Of a stretch of DNA of 24,839 bases, positions 18,174-24,839 are shown one piece after another (position 1 is the stretch's first letter; every line of letters begins with the position of its first letter). The stretch comes from Prevotella sp. (GTDB lineage: Bacteria; Bacteroidota; Bacteroidia; Bacteroidales; Dysgonomonadaceae), in assembly GCA_031285625.1 (NCBI GenBank), contig JAITVV010000064.1, positions 1-24,839 of the forward strand, given 5' to 3'. The notes beneath the pieces were generated by a model that was given only the letters and a program-made list of their open reading frames with translations, had not been told where the DNA came from and ran no database searches. The position numbers and the translations under genes are program-made.

Positions 18174-18722
18174 TCAATCGAAAATGGTCACTTCTGATAG
18201 GGGTTTGCCTGCTTTATCTTTTGCCGATAAGAGTAATTCTTCTTCCTTTATTCCCCAGTCAATGTTAACAGTAGGATCATTCCACATAAGGGATGATTCA
18301 TAAGCAGGAGCATACACGTTATCTACTTTGTACGAAAATATAGCCTCTTCGCTCAGGACAAGAAAACCATGGGCAAAACCTCTGGGAATAAAAAACTGTC
18401 TTTTATTTTCTTCTGATAATTCAACAGCAATATGTTGCCCGAAAGTAGGGGAGGACTTGCGTAAATCTACTGCCACATCCAGTACCGAGCCTTTCAAAGC
18501 CCTCACCAGTTTTGCCTGAGAAAATTCACCGGTTTGATAATGTAATCCTCGTAAAACTCCTCTGGTGGATTTTGATTCATTATCCTGAATGAAATTAACA
18601 TTACCTATATGTTCTTCGAAAACGTCTTTCTTAAATGATTCCATAAAGTATCCTCTTTCATCATTAAATACTTTAGGTTCAATAATCCATACTCCTTTTA
18701 TTGACTGTTCTATGAATTTCAT
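18174..18722 (-). CDS. rfbC: dTDP-4-dehydrorhamnose 3,5-epimerase
   Basis: DERGYFMES, QDNESKS..GVLRGLHYQ, QAKLVR, DVAVDLR, IPRGFAHGF. Confidence 0.97.
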   Translation of the reverse strand: MKFIEQSIKGVWIIEPKVFNDERGYFMESFKKDVFEEHIGNVNFIQDNESKSTRGVLRGLHYQTGEFSQAKLVRALKGSVLDVAVDLRKSSPTFGQHIAVELSEENKRQFFIPRGFAHGFLVLSEEAIFSYKVDNVYAPAYESSLMWNDPTVNIDWGIKEEELLLSAKDKAGKPLSEVTIFD

Positions 18723-18728
18723 ATTTTT

Positions 18729-19277
18729 TTAATTCTTGTCTTTTTTATAATCGTTATTACCTTCAATGTTTTTTCTTACAATCAGTATTATTGCATTAAG
18801 TGAGTCTTCCCTGTTTTGCTCTATAGCTTTCCATGCAGAACTAAAGGGAAATAACTGGTAACTGAATTCACTAGTTGAAATACAGGCATAATCTGTTCCG
18901 TACTCATCGCTTATAACCGACCATATTGTATTAAATTCTCTATTGAGATAGTTCCCAAAAGCAGCCCCTATTGCGTTCACAAACTGCATCTCTTCAAAAT
19001 ATTTGAAGTCGTATTTTTTATTATTCCATCTGAATAGTAGTTCGTCCAGATCTTTAGCAGTATAGTTCGAAATATTTCTATCTCCTAAAGTTTTTAGTAA
19101 ATCGTCAGCGTCCCCCAGACAGTAATCAATAAATTCCCTATTGGTCTCATTGAGATTGATAAAATCCTGTTCTACAGGTTCTACTGTTGAGGTTTTATAA
19201 TTTATTGTTTGACCTTCGGCTTCAAAAGATTCATCTTTATAATCCTTGTCTTCCAGATCATCGTATTTTTTTGCCAT
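18729..19277 (-). CDS. DUF3806-domain protein
   Basis: AIGAAFGNYL..W..ISDEYGTDYA..LFPFS..WK resembles DUF3806. The ATG at 19277 (MAKKY) sits 1 nt after the rfbA stop. Confidence 0.7.
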   Translation of the reverse strand: MAKKYDDLEDKDYKDESFEAEGQTINYKTSTVEPVEQDFINLNETNREFIDYCLGDADDLLKTLGDRNISNYTAKDLDELLFRWNNKKYDFKYFEEMQFVNAIGAAFGNYLNREFNTIWSVISDEYGTDYACISTSEFSYQLFPFSSAWKAIEQNREDSLNAIILIVRKNIEGNNDYKKDKN

Positions 19278-19278
19278 A

Positions 19279-20142
19279 TCAATCAATTAAACTCAGGATA
19301 TATTGCCCATAGGCAGTCTTATCCAGTTTTTCTCCTAAAGTCTGCAATTGATTGTTGTCGATCCATTGGTTACGCCATGCAATTTCTTCTATACATGAAA
19401 TATAGAAGCCTTGGCGGTTCTGTACTGTTTCCACATAATTACCTGCCTCCAGTAAGCTATCACAGTTTCCGGTATCGAGCCAGGCGAAACCCCTGCCAAA
19501 TAGTTGTACTTTTAAAGTTCCTTCAGTAAGATAACATTTATTTAAATCTGTAATTTCATATTCTCCTCTAGGAGAAGGTTTCAGTGCTTTTGCTTTTTCT
19601 GTAACAGCCTGATCATAGAAATATAACCCCGGAACAGCATAATTTGATTTCGGATCTGTAGGTTTTTCTTCTAAAGAAAGTACTTTCCCGTTACTATCAA
19701 ATTCAACTACACCATAGGCACGCGGGTCTTTTACATAGTATCCGAATATGCAAGCCCCTTTTTCTATAGATGCAGCTTCTCTCAGCATTTTAGAGAATCC
19801 TTGTCCGTGAAACATATTGTCTCCAAGTATAAGGCATCCCGGTTCTCCATTCAGGAATTTTTCTCCCAGAACAAAGGCTTGAGCCAATCCGTTCGGAATT
19901 TCTTGTATTACATATTCAAACTTCATACCCAGTTCTTCACCTGTACCTAATAGCTCTCTGAACATAGGTAAGTCGCGGGGAGTGGATATAATCAATACCT
20001 CACGAATGCCGGCTAACATAAGAGTTGAAAGCGGATAATAGATCATAGGCTTATCATAAACAGGCATTATCTGTTTTGAGATAGCTTTGGATAATGGGAA
20101 AAGCCTTGTGGCACTTCCTCCGGCAAGAATAATTCCTTTCAT
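19279..20142 (-). CDS. rfbA: Glucose-1-phosphate thymidylyltransferase
   Basis: [54 protein letters not shown]. Confidence 0.97.
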   Translation of the reverse strand: MKGIILAGGSATRLFPLSKAISKQIMPVYDKPMIYYPLSTLMLAGIREVLIISTPRDLPMFRELLGTGEELGMKFEYVIQEIPNGLAQAFVLGEKFLNGEPGCLILGDNMFHGQGFSKMLREAASIEKGACIFGYYVKDPRAYGVVEFDSNGKVLSLEEKPTDPKSNYAVPGLYFYDQAVTEKAKALKPSPRGEYEITDLNKCYLTEGTLKVQLFGRGFAWLDTGNCDSLLEAGNYVETVQNRQGFYISCIEEIAWRNQWIDNNQLQTLGEKLDKTAYGQYILSLID

Positions 20143-20160
20143 AATAGTTATATTTATTTA

Positions 20161-20247
20161 TGCGCAAATATAGTGAAAGCCGAGCGTAATCGAAAACTTA
20201 TTTTCAGATTGCCGAGTCACATTTCATACTGTGTAAATATAGCGAAA
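20161..20247. repeat. Small intergenic repeat-like element flanked by an 18-bp imperfect direct repeat; the left copy contains the rfbA -7 element (TATATTTG on -, 20165-20172)
   Basis: TGCGCAAATATAGTGAAA (20161-20178) vs TGTGTAAATATAGCGAAA (20230-20247), 15/18 identical. Inside are two GCCGAG copies around an AATCGAAAA-CTTA-TTTTCAGATT hairpin. Confidence 0.55.
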
Positions 20248-20264
20248 AAATTGGTGTGTCGTGA

Positions 20265-21185
20265 TCATTGTATTTCTGGTTTGCAGCCATTTATTTGAAT
20301 GGGATACTTTTTGAATGAAAAATCTTCTTTATTAAAGTCTAGTTGGATAATCGTACTTCTTTTTGCATCGGGTAAACTCTGGTCAAAAACAAAATTACCG
20401 ATACTGTAAAAAATAGGTTTCTCTTTATAGATTTCTTCACGTTGCAATACATGCGGATGATGTCCTATAATGACATCAGCACCTGCGTCGATCAATTGAT
20501 AGGCTTCTTTTCGTTGTCTGATGGTCGGCTCTTTCTGAAATTCTATACCCCAATGAAGGATAACTACAACAAAACAATTTGGTTTATCTTGCCTCAATTG
20601 GTTTATTGCATCGGATAATGTATTGATAGAAGCCTGACATACCCCGGAATTTTCTTCAAGATAAACCCAGTTTTCGAGTGGTACGGTTACAGAATTAAAT
20701 AAAGCGACCTCTATTCCATTTTTAGTTATAAATACAGGTAAATTGGCTTCTGTTGCATTCCTGCCATAACCAATCGGTTTTATACCCGCTTCTATTAGAT
20801 TTTTATATGTATCGTCCAGCCCACTGCGACTTTGATCCATAGAATGATTGTTTGCTAAAGCAGCATGCGTTACTCCACTTTCTTTAATTTTAGGAAGCCA
20901 TTCGGGTTCTCCTCTGAAAATATATTTCTTGTTGATAGGGGAAGTTATATTTGTAACAGGACATTCCAGATTTATTACTGTTGCATCTGATGAATGAAAT
21001 ATTGGGGCAACATCTTCAAACAAAAATGAAATACCTTTTTTATCTATTTGCTCACGCACTCCGCGATCGAGAAGCACATCTCCTGTAAAGCATATCGAGA
21101 GATGTGCATCCTGTTGTTTCTGCCTACATGAATAATTTAATACAGTCGATGTAAGTAGTAGAATTATATATATGTATTTTAACAC
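20265..21185 (-). CDS. CapA/PGA_cap-family metallophosphoesterase-fold lipoprotein
   Basis: Lipobox NYSC; TGDVLL, NLE, LANNHSMD, LHWG.E, IGHHPHV, YSIGNF. The GTG start overlaps the upstream stop by 7 nt. Confidence 0.92.
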   Translation of the reverse strand: MLKYIYIILLLTSTVLNYSCRQKQQDAHLSICFTGDVLLDRGVREQIDKKGISFLFEDVAPIFHSSDATVINLECPVTNITSPINKKYIFRGEPEWLPKIKESGVTHAALANNHSMDQSRSGLDDTYKNLIEAGIKPIGYGRNATEANLPVFITKNGIEVALFNSVTVPLENWVYLEENSGVCQASINTLSDAINQLRQDKPNCFVVVILHWGIEFQKEPTIRQRKEAYQLIDAGADVIIGHHPHVLQREEIYKEKPIFYSIGNFVFDQSLPDAKRSTIIQLDFNKEDFSFKKYPIQINGCKPEIQ

Positions 21186-23614
21186 CCCGAGCTATAAAAT
21201 ATTCTTTCGTCCGTTTTAGGTTCTTTATCAATGATAAGTCCTTTCATCCATTCCTGTATTGCCGGAGCCTTTTTGTCTTCCAGCATTTTTTGCCATTCTT
21301 CGTCGGTTAGGCGTGTCCCCAGTGGTTGTACAAACTCATAATAGCTGAAAGTAGCTCCCTTTGTCAGATAGAGATAACCACCTATTTCGACCACAACATA
21401 TATATTATTTGCGTTACCTGTTGCAACATGTAGTATCCCGTCTTTGGGGCAGTCCATCACATTTCTTGTATATATATCGGCTACTACTGCAATTGATTTA
21501 TCGGGCCCCTGTACAAGAGACCAATTATCTAAATGGACATCAGGATCGATAACAGATAGCGTGAAATATTCGATGCTACTGCCCATATATTCAATAGTCT
21601 GATATTCTGTTTCGGTTAAAGGCTGTTTTGCAAGCTCTTTTTTAGTTACCTGAATAAGGAAGCTAATATAATCGGACAACTGTTCTGTTTTTCCTTTTAT
21701 ATCAGGAGTTAACAGATCGTTTTTCTTTAATAACTTTTGGGTAAGGGAAACCATCTCAGCCATTTTATTCCAGAATTTTAAGTTTGGTTCTACGTAACCG
21801 ACTACTACCGGGGCAGGAGGTCCTCCGTCTCCACATTCTGCAGACATTGGCTGTTCTCCGTATAAGATCGCATCATGTTTCAGTTCAGCCCACGAAGCCA
21901 GTGAGGTATTCAGATTCTTATAATCCCAGGCTTTTGTTTGCATAAATTCAGGATAGTTTTTATCCGGCTTTTGTAGTTCAAGTAGGCTTTCGATCCATTT
22001 ATTATATACAGAACTATCCTATCCATTATAATTCTTAAATTTAGTTTGCATTTTCTGCATTCTTTCAGGATATTTATCCCAGTTATCTCTCTCTTTATAG
22101 AAATTGTTCAATAAATCATTCGCAGATTTTGAACCAAAGGCTCCAAATACATCCAGTCCTTTAGGATATGCCCGCTTGGCATTTTGGGAAATATCTACAA
22201 GTTTTTGAATCACGTCATTATCAATGAGATATCGTTGCGGCATAAAATTGATCTTATCTTTACAGCTAATTTCTATTTCCGGACTGATAACATTCCGTGT
22301 TTTTACTAGCTCTATAAGCATTTTATCTACTTTGTTAATATTAGCTGGAAGTAAAGCGTCTTTTAGGTTATTCACTTTTTCCTTATCCAGATATAAGGCA
22401 ATATCCATAATAGAAAGATTATCTGGTAAACCCACTAAGAATACAATAGGTTCATATACTGCACTGTATAAGCTCATGAGCGTTTTACCATTCTTGGCTT
22501 TTGCTGTATTTAAGAGTACTGCGGTATAAATACTTTGTCTTAACTTCTCATTATTATCCCGGCAAAATGGTGCTGTTTGTAGCCACATCATTGCTTTAAA
22601 ATAGGCTTCCATTTTAGGTTTTCGGGTATAATGTCCGCGAGGCTTGAATAAACTGTAAGGAAAATAGACATCAGTAAATGATAAAAACTCAGAAGGAAGA
22701 TCCTCTTGCTTATTAATATTAGAAACTTCTTTTGCAAAATCTTTTTTATATTTTTCCAGAATATTGAGTTCCTTCTCTGTCAGAAAATAATAGGGAATAG
22801 CATAAAAAGTAGCATTGTATTCTGCAATACTTTTTATATCCGTATCTTGTGCTGTTTCTGCAATTCGCATAGATTCATTATAGAGGTTGAGGCATAATTC
22901 AGACAAGGTTGGGATAAATTTCTCCTGTTCCAGACTCTTCAGAATGTAGGAAAAGTACATATGAAAAGCTTGTAAATACAAGTCTGTGGTTATAAAATTC
23001 GGTACTTGATTATAATCATTTTCTTCATATACATGAAAGAGTTGAAGGTTAGCACCTGTTGTTATTACAAAGTTGTTTTGACCCACCTTATCTACAAATT
23101 CCTGATCTATTTCTTTAAACTGGAACAGATTAACGATATTACTGTAATTTCCAAGGTTATAATTTCCTTTTTTTATGAAGTTAGATTGCTGTAACTCTTG
23201 TATCCGTTTATCTATTTTGTCTACAAATACCTGTTCGTCGGATGTTAACTTTACATCTTTATAGTCCAGAGGCATTTTGTCATCGTCCCATAATTTATAT
23301 ACCAGGCTTTCATACCATTTTGTATTTGCTTTAAAGAAAGCATTGAGGTCTGCCTCCATAAAGTATAATCCATGCAAGGCATATGAGTAGTTACGTAAAA
23401 GACGCAGGTCTTGTAAAGATAAGTTGCTGATATCTTGTTGAAAATCTATAGATTCCGGCAAGTCTGTATTTGTTGTTAGAAAGGATTGAACAGGCGCTTC
23501 TGTAGTTTCTATTGTAACTCCGGTCTCTGTTTCTGAATTTGCTTCTGTAGCCTTCTTTTTGCAACTGGTAAATATTGTAGTTGCAATAATGAAAAGTAAA
23601 ACAGCTTTTCTCAT
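21179..23614 (-). pseudogene. YARHG + DUF3160 domain lipoprotein (about 811 aa) interrupted by one in-frame TAG at 22019-22021
   Basis: ORFs 22019..23710 and 21179..21943 are in the same frame: ..KFKNYNG*DSSVYNKWIESLLELQKPDKNYPEFMQTKAW... The likely start is the ATG at 23614 (MRKAVLLF..FTSC lipobox). YARHG-like LRLLRNYSYALHGLYF; DUF3160 motifs FITTD..L..FH, FKPRGHYT, YFKAMMW, MPQRY..D, LASWAELKHD.ILY, GYVEP, SYYEF..RLTDEEW. Confidence 0.85.
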
Positions 23615-23622
23615 AGTATCTA

Positions 23623-24180
23623 TTATTTGTTTTGTAATAATTTTTGTGCTTCCTTCATTGATATTTCCCGTTGAATATAATGCATAAATTCCAAACCGAA
23701 TCCTCGCCATTTATATTCTGCAACCAGATAAGTTTCATCTTGTTCTCTCTCAATAGTTCTTATCAGTGCCGGTTTATGACTGTTTATTATTCTAAAATCT
23801 TCTAAAGGTTGTCCTACCCGCGATCCCATCCATAAAGGGCGGATATAGTAATCATCTGTTATCTTAAATAAAAACAGACGTTTGTCCGGTTTTGGATCAA
23901 ATCGTGTAGGTTTAATAACACCTACAGCAATAGCCGTTCCATTTCCTGTGATGTCTCCATAGTCGAATTTATATACAGGATACTTCAGTGGCCATGTAGA
24001 ATTTAAACTATCATTTACCAATAACTTCAGTTTAAATAAAGAGTCTGAAAATTGTTCCAGTTGTACTTCTACATCTCTATTATTTATTTGTTTTCTGAAC
24101 CGGTTTTCTTCCTTATTGCAAGAAAACAACAAGTAAAGAAAAATAAAAAATGAGAGATACACAATCTTTTTGAAGTACAT
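23623..24180 (-). CDS. Hypothetical lipoprotein with an FG-GAP/VCBS-like Ca-binding loop
   Basis: Lipobox LFSC followed by NKEE; GDITGNG..IAVGV, RPLWMGSR and Y.W.GFG motifs; ends 8 nt before the DUF3160 ATG. Confidence 0.75.
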   Translation of the reverse strand: MYFKKIVYLSFFIFLYLLFSCNKEENRFRKQINNRDVEVQLEQFSDSLFKLKLLVNDSLNSTWPLKYPVYKFDYGDITGNGTAIAVGVIKPTRFDPKPDKRLFLFKITDDYYIRPLWMGSRVGQPLEDFRIINSHKPALIRTIEREQDETYLVAEYKWRGFGLEFMHYIQREISMKEAQKLLQNK

Positions 24181-24192
24181 ATTTCTGAATTA

Positions 24193-24223
24193 AGAAAAAG
24201 GGAAACTATGCAGTTTCCCTTTT
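24193..24223 (-). terminator. Intrinsic terminator downstream of rpiB
   Basis: AAAAGGGAAACT-ATGC-AGTTTCCCTTTT, a perfect 12-bp IR with T-tracts. Confidence 0.85.
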
Positions 24224-24248
24224 ATTCTTTTAATATCTGCAATCCTTT

Positions 24249-24704
24249 TCAGATGCAAGGAATTTTATTGATTCTATCCTGATGCCTACCCCCTTCAAAA
24301 TTTGTGTTGAAGAAAGTAATTATCATCTGATAGGCTTCTTGTTGAGTGATCATCCTGCCGGGAAGGGTTAATACATTGGCATCGTTATGGAGTCTTACCA
24401 ATCTGGCGATTTCACTATTCCAGCAAAGTCCGCTACGAACTTTCTGATGCTTGTTCAATGCCATGTTGATACCATTGCCTGTACCGCAGATGGCAATACC
24501 GAAATCACATTCTCCGGTATCTATAGACTTCCCTAATTTGTGGCCAAAGTCAGGATAATCGACACTATCAGTACTATCAGTACCATAATCAATGTATCGG
24601 ATACCTTGTTCATCAAACAGGCCGATGATATACTTTTTCATAGTAAAACCTGCATGGTCACTAGCTAGCCCGATAGGTTTATCCCCCTGCGAAAAGATTG
24701 TCAT
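24249..24704 (-). CDS. rpiB: Ribose-5-phosphate isomerase B
   Basis: SDHAGF, DYPD, ICGTGNG, HNDANVL, FEGGRHQDRI. Confidence 0.97.
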   Translation of the reverse strand: MTIFSQGDKPIGLASDHAGFTMKKYIIGLFDEQGIRYIDYGTDSTDSVDYPDFGHKLGKSIDTGECDFGIAICGTGNGINMALNKHQKVRSGLCWNSEIARLVRLHNDANVLTLPGRMITQQEAYQMIITFFNTNFEGGRHQDRINKIPCI

Positions 24705-24727
24705 TTGATTGTCTTATTTTATCTTTT

Positions 24728-24839
24728 TTACTTCAAATATTTTTTGACTTGGTTGTATACATTTTGTGCTGTGAATCCCAGTTTTTCATCCAGTACCTTG
24801 TATGGTGCAGAGAATCCGAAAGACTCCATACCCCATACC
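24728..24839 (-). CDS. tkt: Transketolase, 3' end (partial, runs off the window)
   Basis: My translation of the minus strand is VWGMESFGFSAPYKVLDEKLGFTAQNVYNQVKKYLK*, matching the transketolase C-terminal FG.SAP...GFT motif; it lies directly upstream of rpiB. Confidence 0.88.
   Translation of the reverse strand, partial: VWGMESFGFSAPYKVLDEKLGFTAQNVYNQVKKYLK

Noticed and set aside
17335-21185. Shared KYIYII N-terminus (ATATATATGTATTT) of the S41 and CapA genes
   Set aside because: This short AT-rich match in signal peptides is explainable by compositional bias, with no extended homology.
20265-21185. Calling this a poly-gamma-glutamate capsule locus
   Set aside because: Only a CapA-family gene is present. 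The synthetase components capB/capC are not in the window.
22019-22021. Genome-wide TAG recoding or pyrrolysine as the explanation for the internal stop
   Set aside because: TAG terminates intact genes in this window (VOC at 3261, alkaline phosphatase at 6494), other genes have no internal TAG, and no pyl or suppressor tRNA genes are visible.
23615-23710. N-terminal extension MARIRFG... of the DUF3160 ORF overlapping the upstream gene
   Set aside because: The signal peptide/lipobox begins at the ATG at 23614, and the extension is an incidental open frame inside the upstream CDS.
1-24839. CRISPR array, tRNA/rRNA, transposase/integrase or defence system
   Set aside because: No regularly spaced repeat-spacer array, no cloverleaf or rRNA-like GC-rich segment, and no ORF with recombinase, Cas or nuclease motifs was seen.

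Overview
AT-rich Bacteroidota chromosomal segment. Gene content and TAnnTTTG promoter motifs suggest a Dysgonomonas-like Bacteroidales genome, which is an inference. Most genes are housekeeping or envelope-related: an HTH regulator, a GH3 remnant, a DUF4421 OMP, VOC/PhnB, SulP, rubrerythrin, alkaline phosphatase, surE-lpxB, a DUF2089/membrane protein/alpha-beta hydrolase operon, a GT4 glycosyltransferase, maeB, an rfbA-DUF3806-rfbC-GH25-S41 run, rpiB and the 3' end of transketolase. I see no transposase, integrase, CRISPR array, tRNA or rRNA. Five features stand out. (1) A tightly coupled three-lipoprotein module of unknown function (FG-GAP-like protein, YARHG+DUF3160 protein, CapA-family metallophosphoesterase), whose central gene is split by one in-frame TAG. 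(2) Two copies of an approximately 50-bp AAAGTNACA-repeat element with an identical 20-nt spacer. (3) A REP/RPE-like palindrome after lpxB. (4) A small repeat-like element with an 18-bp flanking duplication over the rfbA promoter. (5) A decayed GH3 pseudogene.
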